From assembly GCA_963823665.1 (NCBI GenBank), contig CAWGMQ010000003.1:1408001-1472000 (forward strand): a DNA stretch of 64,000 nt. Direction: 5' to 3'. Position 1 is the stretch's first letter; every line of letters starts with the position of its first letter. This DNA is from an uncultured Planctomycetota bacterium. Lineage in GTDB: Bacteria; Planctomycetota; Planctomycetia; Isosphaerales; Isosphaeraceae. Of the stretch, positions 19,190 through 28,943 are shown one piece after another. The position numbers and the translations under genes were made by a program. The notes under the pieces were generated by a model that was given only the letters and a program-made list of their open reading frames with translations, was not told where the DNA came from and ran no database searches.

Positions 19190-20383
19190 ATGAGAAAGAA
19201 AGCCGCCACCTCGAAACGAGCGGTCCTGGTGAAAAGGAAGCCCGACGACCTCGCTGCGCTCATCGCCGAGGTTCGCAACCTCATCCAGTCGGCCCGCCAC
19301 ACTGCTGCCAGCACGGTCAACATTCTCCAGGTGCTGACGAACTTCGAGATCGGCCGGCGCATCGTGGAGCACGAGCAGAAGGGGGAGAAGCGGGCGGGGT
19401 ATGGGACTAAACTGCTCAAGGAGCTAGCCACAAGGCTGACGGAGGAGTTTGGAAAGGGTTTCTCTGAGCGAAACCTCGAGTACATGCGGAAGTTCTTCCT
19501 TGTCTGGCATGATCGAGTTCGGCAGATTTCGCAACAGCCTGTTGCGAAATTGGCGCTGGATGCGCAGAACGAGCGGGCCGGAGGCAGTTCGCAAATTCAG
19601 CGGCGATCGTCGCTTAGATTGTCACCCGATCAGATTTCGCAACAGCCTATTGCGAAATTCCGCCGGACATTCCCGCTCAGTTGGACTCATTATCTCGTCC
19701 TCCTCTCCATCAAGGACCCCGATGAGCGAGGGTTCTACGAGATCGAGGCCGCAAATGAAGGCTGGTCGGTGCCCGAACTTAGACGGCAAAAAGCCTCGTG
19801 CCTGTTCGAGCGCCTCGCGCTCAGCCGTGATAAAGCCGCCGTGAAGCGGCTCGCGGAAAAGGGCCAGATCATCGCTCGCCCCGAGGATTTGCTCAAAGAA
19901 CCTGTCGTCCTTGAATTTCTCGGCCTCGATGAGAAGGCGGATTACAGCGAGACGGACCTTGAATCGGCGCTGATTACCCACCTCGAGAAATTCCTCTTGG
20001 AACTGGGCAAGGGCTTCCTGTTCGAAGCCCGACAGAAGCGATTCACTTTTGACGGCGACCATTATTTCCTCGACCTCGTTTTCTACAACCGGCTCCTGCG
20101 CTGCTACGTCGTCGTCGACCTCAAGCTCGACAAGCTCATGCACCAAGACCTTGGTCAAATGCAAATGTACGTGAACTACTACGACCGCGAGGTAAAGCTG
20201 CCGGACGAAAACCCCACGATCGGGTTGCTTCTTTGCAAGGAGAAAAAAGACGCCGTTGTTAAACTCACCCTGCCCAAGGATGCGAACATCCACGCGCGGG
20301 AGTATCAGCTCTACCTACCCTCGAAGGAGCTGCTCAAAGCGAAGCTCCTCGAGTGGTCGCGCGAGCAGAACGGCCGAGCGTGA
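19190..20383 (+). CDS. YhcG/DUF1016 PD-(D/E)xK nuclease-domain protein
   Basis: EIGRRIVEHEQ.G..RA.YG, LSWTHY, R.FYEIEA, KEP.VLEFL, FLLELGKGF, DLVFYNRLL, DLK, GQMQMYVNY. Confidence 0.93.
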   Translation: MRKKAATSKRAVLVKRKPDDLAALIAEVRNLIQSARHTAASTVNILQVLTNFEIGRRIVEHEQKGEKRAGYGTKLLKELATRLTEEFGKGFSERNLEYMRKFFLVWHDRVRQISQQPVAKLALDAQNERAGGSSQIQRRSSLRLSPDQISQQPIAKFRRTFPLSWTHYLVLLSIKDPDERGFYEIEAANEGWSVPELRRQKASCLFERLALSRDKAAVKRLAEKGQIIARPEDLLKEPVVLEFLGLDEKADYSETDLESALITHLEKFLLELGKGFLFEARQKRFTFDGDHYFLDLVFYNRLLRCYVVVDLKLDKLMHQDLGQMQMYVNYYDREVKLPDENPTIGLLLCKEKKDAVVKLTLPKDANIHAREYQLYLPSKELLKAKLLEWSREQNGRA

Positions 20384-20485
20384 TTCCTCGGAAGCGCTCG
20401 TTCGAACTTCGTGAATCAACGTCGAGCTGACGGGCGGCGTACTGGCGGCGGAAGCTCTGGAAGTCGTGCGGGGATCGAGCAAGTA

Positions 20486-21058
20486 ATGGACGTCACGCAA
20501 ATCTCCAAAGTCTATGCTCTCCTGGACCAGCCGTTGTGGCTGGTGACCGCGGCCGACGGCTTGCGGTGCGGCGGATTGATCGCCACCATGGTGACGCCAG
20601 CATCGATCGTGAGTACTCTGCCGCGCCAGCTCATCACGATCGACAAACGGCACAACACCCACGCCTTGATCGAACGCAGCGGTGCATTCGCCATGCACTT
20701 GATCGACGAAACGCAGCTCGATCTCGTGTGGCGGTTTGGATTGCAGTCAGGCCGCGATGTCGACAAGTTTGCCGGGTTGGTGATCCAGATCGGAGCGACC
20801 GGAAGCCCGCTGTTGCCCGAGGCACTGGCCTGGTTTGACTGCCGGGTGGAAGCTCGTATGGACTCGGGTGACCGCACGGTGTATCTGGCCGGTGTCGTCG
20901 ACGGACGATTGGAACGAAGCGATCCGCCGTTGACGACCCGGCGGTTCTTCAAGATCGCCCCGCCAGACAAACAGAAGATCATGAGCGAACAGTATGAGCA
21001 TGATGCGCGCCTCGATGCCGTGGCGATCCAGCGGTGGCGGGGCGAAAGGCAGGGGTGA
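20486..21058 (+). CDS. Flavin reductase-family protein
   Basis: LWLVTAA, FGLQSGRDVDKF, G.PLL.EALAWFDCRV, SGDRTVYLA.VV. Confidence 0.88.
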   Translation: MDVTQISKVYALLDQPLWLVTAADGLRCGGLIATMVTPASIVSTLPRQLITIDKRHNTHALIERSGAFAMHLIDETQLDLVWRFGLQSGRDVDKFAGLVIQIGATGSPLLPEALAWFDCRVEARMDSGDRTVYLAGVVDGRLERSDPPLTTRRFFKIAPPDKQKIMSEQYEHDARLDAVAIQRWRGERQG

Positions 21059-21076
21059 GCGGGATTCAATCCTCGG

Positions 21077-22102
21077 TCATTTCCTTTTTTTTTGGGATGT
21101 TTTCCTTGCGGCTGCCCTTTTGGGGGCCGGCCTCCAGGTGTGGAGCGTGGTGTTTGTGGTGCGCCCGGCGCTCGGCTTAAGGTCTGTCCGCTTCGTGGGG
21201 GTGGCGCTCACCGTCTCTCCGGCCGAGTCGATCACATCACAACCGCTTGCCACCATCGCGGCGATCGTGGCCGCGTTCACGGGCGTCGCGTCCGGAGGGA
21301 CTAGCAGCAGATACACGTCGACAACATCCCCACTCTCGAAGGCCAGTTCCTTCGAAAGGGTGACTTTGAGGTCGAAGTCGCTTCGGTCGGTCTGGGAAAG
21401 CCGGCGCGCCAGGCCGGTTGAAATCCGAATGTCATCCTCGTAAGGAACGTCGTCGCTGCGGACTCGGGCGACCAGGACGAGACTACAGTTCTCGCATTTC
21501 TTCCAGTTTTCCTGAAGAGCGACGGAGGAGATCCGGACCGAAAAGGCTCGTGAGGGCGGGTCGAATCCACCGGCCCGAATGAGCGCGATGTTCTTCCGCC
21601 TGCGACCTCCTGTCTTGACGCGAGTCAAGAACCCATCGAGGGCCGAGGCTACCGAACCGATGAGAAGGCCTCGATCCTTGCGGGCATCGAACCGGCTGAT
21701 CGTGATTCCCTCAATATCTGACGGAACCCTGACCTCTTCATCGGAGCTGGGACTCTGCATGATCCCAGCGACACGCTCAGCACCCAGATGGCCGAGAAAG
21801 AGCCCGAACTCGAAGAGCACGTTGTCTCGGATGCATACAGTCTGCTTTCCGCGCAATTTGAGGCGGTCGTCGAGGCTCAGGACGAAGAGCGCGAAGTCGT
21901 AGCTATCGATTGCGTTCAGAAGCCCAGCGAGCGTGCTCTGCGACGGCTCGAATTCCGGGCTGTCCCTCCAGGTGAGCGCCATCGCATAGGGTGCGATCAA
22001 CTTCCGCGCGACCTCGGCGACCTCGATCGATTCGGCGGACGAGCCTATGAACACCTTCGGGAGCACAACCCGTGTTCTCGGTTTGAGCACGCGCTTCGCC
22101 AT
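21077..22102 (-). CDS. CAP12/Pycsar-type TIR-domain protein with an uncharacterised C-terminal domain
   Basis: KVFIGSSAES, W...F...STL, YDFALFVL..DD, RDNVLFEFGLFLG.LG.ERV, VPSDIEGIT. Confidence 0.85.
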   Translation of the reverse strand: MAKRVLKPRTRVVLPKVFIGSSAESIEVAEVARKLIAPYAMALTWRDSPEFEPSQSTLAGLLNAIDSYDFALFVLSLDDRLKLRGKQTVCIRDNVLFEFGLFLGHLGAERVAGIMQSPSSDEEVRVPSDIEGITISRFDARKDRGLLIGSVASALDGFLTRVKTGGRRRKNIALIRAGGFDPPSRAFSVRISSVALQENWKKCENCSLVLVARVRSDDVPYEDDIRISTGLARRLSQTDRSDFDLKVTLSKELAFESGDVVDVYLLLVPPDATPVNAATIAAMVASGCDVIDSAGETVSATPTKRTDLKPSAGRTTNTTLHTWRPAPKRAAARKTSQKKRK

Positions 22103-22331
22103 GGGAATCCTCGCGGGTTGTGTCTAGAACGCGACCGTCATGGCCGCGAAGTTAGCTTCTGGATCCGAACGCGAATTCAGCAGGCCGGTGGGCTTTTCAA
22201 GCCGATCGGAGCATGACATTAGACACGGCCAGGCGATCGGATTCAATTGTAGACGACGATCTCGACTTTGACGCTGCGGTCCCCGGGCATTCGAGATCGC
22301 GATATCGCTGGTAATGCTCGGCAGATGCGAG

Positions 22332-23102
22332 TCACTGGCTGGAGAGTGCACCCAAACTCACACGGAAACCCATAAACGTCCCGAGTCGATCCGGGCTCGT
22401 GAGGAAGCGAGTTGCGCTTCGCACAAATTGCCCGGGGTGTAAAACAGTCCCGCCCCGGAACATGCGCCACGCTGGTTGTTCGGGCCCGCGCGGATCGTTA
22501 ATGGGCGATTTTGAATAATAGTCTGAGTCGAAGCCGTCCCAGCACCACTCGACGACGTTGCCGTGCATATCATGCAGACCGAACGCGTTTGGCTTCAACT
22601 CGCCGACGGGATGGATCGTTTTCTTCGCGTTCATTCGAAACCACGCGTATTCTTTCAGCAAATTCTGCTTGTCGCCGCATGAAAATCGCGTTGTCGTACC
22701 GGCCCGGCAGGCATATTCCCATTCCGCCTCCGTGGGCAGGCGATAGCCGGCGCTACTCCAGTCGGGCACTTCCACCATCTTCGGTTTGATCCGATAGAAC
22801 GCTGGCAGGCCCTCGATCGCGCTCTGCGCGTTGCAGAAGTCCACTGCATCGAACCAGGAGACGTTTTCGACGGGAAGACGATCGTTGCCCGAGTTGGAAC
22901 TCGGGTTCTTGTTCATGACCTTCTCGTATTCACCCTGGGTGACCGGGTAAATCCCCAGATAAAACGGGCGGCTGATCACGACCTTGTGCTGAGGTAGCTC
23001 ATTCATCTCGTAGCTGCCTTTAGCGGGTGAACCCATCTGGAATTCACCAGCGGGAATCAGCTTCAGCGTCATGCCGATTGAATTGACGAAGAGACTTTCC
23101 AT
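22332..23102 (-). CDS. Formylglycine-generating-enzyme (SUMF1/FGE) family domain protein
   Basis: NSIGM.L.LIPAGEFQMGS, PVENVSWFDA, YRLPTEAEWEYACRAG, PNAFGLHDMHGNV.EWC.D, GFRV. Confidence 0.92.
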   Translation of the reverse strand: MESLFVNSIGMTLKLIPAGEFQMGSPAKGSYEMNELPQHKVVISRPFYLGIYPVTQGEYEKVMNKNPSSNSGNDRLPVENVSWFDAVDFCNAQSAIEGLPAFYRIKPKMVEVPDWSSAGYRLPTEAEWEYACRAGTTTRFSCGDKQNLLKEYAWFRMNAKKTIHPVGELKPNAFGLHDMHGNVVEWCWDGFDSDYYSKSPINDPRGPEQPAWRMFRGGTVLHPGQFVRSATRFLTSPDRLGTFMGFRVSLGALSSQ

Positions 23103-23116
23103 CCTTCTTTCCCCCG

Positions 23117-25183
23117 TTATTCCGACGACGCGTCTTCGGCTTTCGCTTTCCTGGGAACGTCCGGGTTGGCAAAATCCGGCAGCGGGTCGTTCCAGATAAA
23201 GTGATTGAACCAGGCGAGGTTGTGCTGGGCGACGGCCCGCACGGAGCGTGGCTTCGTGATGCCGTGGCCAAAGCCTTTGTAGACGACCATCTCGACTTTG
23301 ACGCTGCGGTCTTCCAGGCCCTGGCGCAGCTCGTAGGCGTTGGCGATTGGTACGCGGCGATCATTTTCGCCATGCTGGATGAGTGTTGGCGTCTTCGCCT
23401 TCATGATGTAGGACATGGGCGAGGTTTTTTGATAGATGGCCGGGTCGGCAATCGGGTCCTTGCCGAGATACTGGATCGTGAAAGGGGTGATGTCCGTGTT
23501 GTAATAATAAGTCGCCCAGTTAGAGATGCCGGCGCCAACGGAGATGGCCGCGAAGCGATCCGAGGAAGCGGTCAGAAACGCGGAGATATAGCCGCCCTGG
23601 CTCCAGCCCATGCAGCCGATCTTGCTCGGGTCGACGTAACCGAGTCTGATCAAGTGATCAACGCCGGAAAGGACGTCCCACGCATCGCCAACGCCCAGGT
23701 TGCGGACGTTCTTCTGACGGAACTTCTCGCCGTAGCCGGCGCTGCCGCGATAGTTCACACGCAAGACGAGCGCGCCGCGGGCAGTCCAGATATCGGCTGG
23801 GTAATAGCCGTCGACGAGCAACGCGGGGCGATCGATGCCGGTCGGACCGCCGTGGATGATGCACAGGAGTGGCCGTTTCTTCGACGGATCGAAGCTGGCA
23901 GGCTTGGTGAGCACGCCTTCGATCATGGTACCGTCCTGGCTTTTCCAGGAGATGACTTCGGATGTGCCCAGGGTGAAGGACTTGGTTTGCTCGGTCATGT
24001 CGGTCAGCTTGCGCGGCGCGAAGGTGGAAATGTCGGTAAAGAACACCTCGCTCAGCGAGGTGGGCGAGGCGGAGGAATAGGCCATTCTGCGGCCGTCGTG
24101 GGTGAGGGAAAAGTCGCCAGCCATCACGTTATCGGGGCTAGTGATGCGAGTGGTCTTGAGGGTGGCCGGATCGACTCGGAAGAGGTGGGAAGCTGTCTTC
24201 TGGAGTCCAGAGAAGTAGATTCCGTCCGGCTTCCAATCGAGCAGTGACGGCGATTCATCGAACGCGTCGGTTACGGAGCGCGGGTTGCCACCGGTCGAGG
24301 CAACCACGGCGATGCGAGCATTGCTGTGGAAGAAGTCGGGCTTGCCCAGCGCGGATCGGAAGGCGATCTGCATGCCGTCGGGCGACCAGTGTGGGTTGCT
24401 GTCGGGGCCGGGTTGCGCGACGATTTTCACCACGGCGTCGTCGCCCAGGTTCAGGACGTAGACGTCCGCGGTGCCGCGCTGGATCAGGTCAGGATTGATG
24501 CTGGCGTCGAAGGCGATCTTCGAGGCATCCGGCGACCAGGAGAAGCTGCCGACGCTATAGTCCTGGCCTTTGGTTCTTTGCTTTCCGGTCTGCGGGGACT
24601 TGAGGGCTTCCGCGATTTCGATGGTCCAGAGATGCTGGTAATCGTATTCCTTGCGTATGACCTCAAAGTCGCCGAGGTGCTCCTTGCGGTTTTTGGTGAT
24701 CTCCTTCCTTGATGGAGAGGCGGTGAAGGCGATGAGCTTACCGTCGGGCGACCAGTCGAATCTGCTCACGCCGGTCTCGACCTTGGTGAGCTGTACCGCT
24801 TCACCACCATCGGGCGGGATCGCAAAGATCTGGTCCTTGTCACCAGCGCGATTGGTGGTGAAGGCGAGCCACCGGCTGTCGGACGACCAGGTCAAGTTGG
24901 CTGCTGATTTTTCGCCTCGGGTGAGCTGGTACTTGCGTCCGCTTGCGGGATTGGCAATCCAGATTTGTTTGATAAATGCGTCTGCCTTGAAATCGGTCTG
25001 ACTCACGGTGTAAGCCACCCACTTACCATCGGGCGAGATGGCAACGCCGCCGACGGACTGGATCGAGAGCAGATCATCGATGGTGGGCACGCGGCCGTTG
25101 TCGCCGGCAGCGGCGCCTGCGGGCGAGCCGATGAGAACAAGCATGATCATCATGAATAACGTCGAGCGTCGTAGCGGGGTCAT
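23117..25183 (-). CDS. S9-family peptidase with N-terminal beta-propeller (PD40 repeats)
   Basis: Signal peptide; SPDGK repeats; HGGP, NYRGS.GYG, GWSQGG (catalytic Ser), HGEND.RVP, GHG. Confidence 0.92.
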   Translation of the reverse strand: MTPLRRSTLFMMIMLVLIGSPAGAAAGDNGRVPTIDDLLSIQSVGGVAISPDGKWVAYTVSQTDFKADAFIKQIWIANPASGRKYQLTRGEKSAANLTWSSDSRWLAFTTNRAGDKDQIFAIPPDGGEAVQLTKVETGVSRFDWSPDGKLIAFTASPSRKEITKNRKEHLGDFEVIRKEYDYQHLWTIEIAEALKSPQTGKQRTKGQDYSVGSFSWSPDASKIAFDASINPDLIQRGTADVYVLNLGDDAVVKIVAQPGPDSNPHWSPDGMQIAFRSALGKPDFFHSNARIAVVASTGGNPRSVTDAFDESPSLLDWKPDGIYFSGLQKTASHLFRVDPATLKTTRITSPDNVMAGDFSLTHDGRRMAYSSASPTSLSEVFFTDISTFAPRKLTDMTEQTKSFTLGTSEVISWKSQDGTMIEGVLTKPASFDPSKKRPLLCIIHGGPTGIDRPALLVDGYYPADIWTARGALVLRVNYRGSAGYGEKFRQKNVRNLGVGDAWDVLSGVDHLIRLGYVDPSKIGCMGWSQGGYISAFLTASSDRFAAISVGAGISNWATYYYNTDITPFTIQYLGKDPIADPAIYQKTSPMSYIMKAKTPTLIQHGENDRRVPIANAYELRQGLEDRSVKVEMVVYKGFGHGITKPRSVRAVAQHNLAWFNHFIWNDPLPDFANPDVPRKAKAEDASSE

Positions 25184-25466
25184 CGGGGGAACTCGTGGAG
25201 GGAGGATAAGGGTACTCTGGCGTAGGAAATCATCGCGATTCACTGGACTCGCGGCAAGATGGTGTCAGGCAATCACGAGCTAACGCCGCGATGCGGAATC
25301 TTCATTTCAGGCTGAACCAGTGCAATTCGCAGGCAGTCGCTGCGCGGCTGAGGATTTGACGCCAGTGGGCACGCGCGCGAGGATGGCTTCTTGTACGGCA
25401 GCTTCGGGATCGGCAGCCTTCGATGGCGGTTGTATACCGCGCATAACCCATAGGGAGCGGCGATCG

Positions 25467-26227
25467 GTGTCGGGAACAAATAAGGGCGGTCGACAAGCAT
25501 TCCAGGCGCACCCCACGCCGGCGTGGATCTGGCTGGTGTTGCTCGGCGGCTTTGCTCTGATCTTCTGGCAATTCGCTCCGAAGCGCCCAGGGCCGCAACC
25601 AGCTCCGCGCCGACGTCATGGATCTGGGTACTGGTTTTCGTCGGGGTGCCGATCGTCTTCCTTCTGGCGATGGTCGCCTTGCAGTTCATCCGCAACTTCG
25701 ATCCAGGCATTCGACGCGCTGAGAAACGCGCGGCGGAAGGAGATCTCGACGGAGCTATCGCGGATCTGCGCGAGCAGATCGAGGAGAGAGGGGCGAAACA
25801 GAACCGCGTCAACGCGCTGGGGATATTCCTCATGCGTCGCGAGCGCTATGACGAGGCCGCCGCCATGTTCCGCAAGGCGGATGCGGTGGGAGAATCCAAT
25901 AACGCGGCATGCCGGGCGAATCTGGGTCTGGCCTTGCTGAAAGGGGGCAAGCCCGCCGAGGCCATTCCCGTGCTGGAGGAAGCTGCACGAATCGGTGCGC
26001 AGGCATTGGTTTTGAACAGCGTGATCAATCTCCACATGGCGCTGGCGCTGGCCGAGCTGAGAAGGTGGGGTGAAGCGGAGGAGCGATTCCGGCGCGCGGA
26101 AGATGCGGCGCGGCGGCTGCGCAAGACTCAGCTTGCCGCGCTCGAGAAAGAGATTGAGCAATGCCGGCAGAAGCTGGAGCAGCATGCTCAAGAGGAACCG
26201 AAGCCGGAGGGGCTTGGCGAACTTTAG
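25467..26227 (+). CDS. Membrane-anchored TPR protein, frameshifted near 25605
   Basis: Two TM segments in successive frames followed by TPR-like helices (NALGIFL...YDEAAAMF; ANLGLALLK.G...EAI..LEEA). Confidence 0.65.
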
Positions 26228-26261
26228 GTACGGTCGCGCTGGCCACTGAGTGGGGCGACGC

Positions 26262-28709
26262 TCAATCGACCTTGATCTGCGCCCCTTCCTTTCGTGCCGC
26301 GTCGAGGAATTTCTCGCCGTCAAAAATTCCGGGCGGGAATGTCTCGGGGTCCATCGGGGTGATGACGACGCGGCGGAACGTCGTGTGGTCCGGTTGCTGG
26401 GCGGCCTCCGGTTTGCCGGCGGCGTCGAGCTTGTCGAGGTGATGCAACCGCTCCCAGGTTTTGACGTACCAGACGCCGCCGGGGAGCTGGGCCCAGTGGA
26501 GGGCCTTCGACTCCGTCCGGAACTTCAACCGGCCGCCATTCTGAATCGACGACTCAACCATTCGTGCCACGGCGTAGCCGTGCGCAGGGTCGGCATAATA
26601 CAGGTTCTGGATCTCGGGATACTCGACCTTGATTGCCACCCAGCCCTTGGGCGTGCCGGGCTCGGCTGGGACGAGCTGGAGGTCCTGGCGGTTGTCGAAC
26701 GCGAATGGCCAGATCGTTCGGAGCCAGTCCGGGGGAAAGGTCGCTGAACTATCAAAGTGGACGTGGACCCGGACGTCCCTGGGCTTGTCGGGCGCGGTGA
26801 TAAACCGCGTGAGGTCATACCCCCGCGTACCGTCTTTCAAGTGAACATTCACGGACCGCTCAACTGGGAGCCACGCTGCCAGAGCATCGGCCGGGAGGTC
26901 GGCATCGGGCCGGGTGCGCAGGGCTGGCGGGATCTCGGGGCCGGAAGCGCCCTGGTGATCGGCGAAGAACGACCGCGGCGTGGGGGTGGCGTGGATTCTC
27001 GAATCGTTGTGATCGCGGACGAAATTGGCCCATGCCTCGAGATATCCCTTGGCGGCGGCCCAGTAGGTCAGTTGCAGCCCGGCGTCCCCGTCCTCGGCGA
27101 CCCGGACGGACCGCGGAAGCCGCTCGATCACCCGCGCTGCGCCGTTCCAGGCCTCTTGAAGCGCTGGTGGGCTGGCGACTTTTTGTAGCGTTTGCTCATC
27201 GACGATCGGTGATCCGGCCGGTACACCGAGGGCGTAGATGTCGGCCGGGCCGTCATCGACGTAGGTGATGGTCGTCGTCCGGAACTCGCGTTTGTATTTC
27301 ATTTGATAGCCGAGCTGGAGGATCTCGCGCCGCTGGATCGGGCGGCGTGTCTCAACGTCGTACCACGTCTGCTCGCTGAGTCTCAACTTGCCGAGTGAGT
27401 CGAGCCGGGAGATGTCGATCCGGAGGCAGCGGCGGCCGAAGAGGTCGACGACCTGGGCATCGGACCTGAAGTTCCCTCCCTCGATCTTCCGCCCCTCCTC
27501 GGTCATCCGCGAGCGCAACTCGCGCGGGTCGAGCGGCTTGACCCCGGCGCGCTCGAGCGCGAAGTCGGCGTTTGGGCCGCCGTTGTCCTTGACACCGACG
27601 AGCTGTGACCGCCGGATGATCGGCCCGTTACCCGTATAGTTCAGCTCGCTCCCTGATGCCGGGTCGTGCACCCCGGCGTACTCATCGGACTTCCAGAGGC
27701 TGCGCCCGTCCTCGAGCCGAACCCACGACTCGGATCCGGCGTCGGACGTCAGGTGCGCCCACTTCGGGGACGCGGGCGCCTGGGCTTTCGCCGTCGCGAC
27801 CGGAGGCGGCTTCGGGGCCTCGGGCTTGCGCTCCTGTCTCCCACCGATGGCCCCGGACGCGCTCAAGATGAGGCCGGTGCCCGCGAGAACCAAGAGTACG
27901 AGCGTGGCGACCTTGAGCTTGGACACGAGCATCATTCTCAGTACCTCCCCGGTCAGAGCGAAAGCCTTGGCGAGGCCCAGTCCCGGCGTTCCGCCCGCAA
28001 GGAAGAGGGTTGCAGTTTGCGCCGTGGCACGGATCAACCGCGCCGGCACGGTGGCCGACGCTACCTCCCGATTCAGGAGCACGGCTAGGGAGCCAACGGA
28101 GAGTGAGACGCCGGGCCGGACGAGCCGCTTGGACAGCATCGCTCTCGCCCTGGACAACCGGCTCGAGACGGTCCCGACCGGGCAGCCCAGTTGACTTGCC
28201 GCCTCCTGGTGAGTCTTGCCTTCGAGCTCACAGAGGACGACGGGGATGCGGTATTTCCTGGGCAGGCGGCTCAACTCCTGATCGAGGAGCGCGAGCAGGT
28301 CGTCCCGCTGCTCATCCGCCGCCGCTTTGGGCTCGGGCATCGCCACCACTTGCTGCTCTTTCGACCACCGCCGGAAAGCCATTGCCCTGGCCCGCACGGC
28401 TGTTTTGTGCGCCACCGCGAAAAGCCAGTTGGCGACCATCTCGCGGTGGGCGATCGAGGAGGCCTTGCGGGCGAGTACGAGGAAGGTGGCCTGAAACGCG
28501 TCCTCGGCGTCGTTGGGGTCGCGCAGCGTGCGCCGGCAGACTCCCCAGACCATCGGGCCGTGACGCACAACGAGGGCCTCGAACGCCGCCTCGTCGTGGC
28601 CGGCGGCGAAGCGCCCGAGGAGCTCGCCGTCGGCGAGCCCGCTGATCGAGCCGTCCCCGAAGATCGTCCGAAGATTCCGACTGAGTTCGTTCATCCGGTT
28701 TTTTCCCAT
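26262..28709 (-). CDS. ECF RNA polymerase sigma factor with TM helix and long C-terminal extension
   Basis: DGELLGRF...EAAFEALV.RHGPMVWGVCRR, AEDAFQATFLVLARKA, LP.KYR.PVVLCELEG, GTVSSRLSRAR. Confidence 0.92.
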   Translation of the reverse strand: MGKNRMNELSRNLRTIFGDGSISGLADGELLGRFAAGHDEAAFEALVVRHGPMVWGVCRRTLRDPNDAEDAFQATFLVLARKASSIAHREMVANWLFAVAHKTAVRARAMAFRRWSKEQQVVAMPEPKAAADEQRDDLLALLDQELSRLPRKYRIPVVLCELEGKTHQEAASQLGCPVGTVSSRLSRARAMLSKRLVRPGVSLSVGSLAVLLNREVASATVPARLIRATAQTATLFLAGGTPGLGLAKAFALTGEVLRMMLVSKLKVATLVLLVLAGTGLILSASGAIGGRQERKPEAPKPPPVATAKAQAPASPKWAHLTSDAGSESWVRLEDGRSLWKSDEYAGVHDPASGSELNYTGNGPIIRRSQLVGVKDNGGPNADFALERAGVKPLDPRELRSRMTEEGRKIEGGNFRSDAQVVDLFGRRCLRIDISRLDSLGKLRLSEQTWYDVETRRPIQRREILQLGYQMKYKREFRTTTITYVDDGPADIYALGVPAGSPIVDEQTLQKVASPPALQEAWNGAARVIERLPRSVRVAEDGDAGLQLTYWAAAKGYLEAWANFVRDHNDSRIHATPTPRSFFADHQGASGPEIPPALRTRPDADLPADALAAWLPVERSVNVHLKDGTRGYDLTRFITAPDKPRDVRVHVHFDSSATFPPDWLRTIWPFAFDNRQDLQLVPAEPGTPKGWVAIKVEYPEIQNLYYADPAHGYAVARMVESSIQNGGRLKFRTESKALHWAQLPGGVWYVKTWERLHHLDKLDAAGKPEAAQQPDHTTFRRVVITPMDPETFPPGIFDGEKFLDAARKEGAQIKVD

Positions 28710-28943
28710 GCCACGGTGCGGCTGATCCGTGTGATTGGCCTCTGACTATGAACTACCGTGGCGGGGGCGAATTCATCCACGATTTTTGGGATCGGGCGAG
28801 ATTCCAGCTTCCGCGGACAGCCTGGGCTTTGCAATGCGGCTGCACCAGGTTCCGCGGGCTGGTTCGCTTAACCTGTCGAGAGCACGGCCTTTACGGTGCG
28901 GTGTCGGCGTCGCTCGGGGATGTCAGAGGGATGTCGAACCCAC

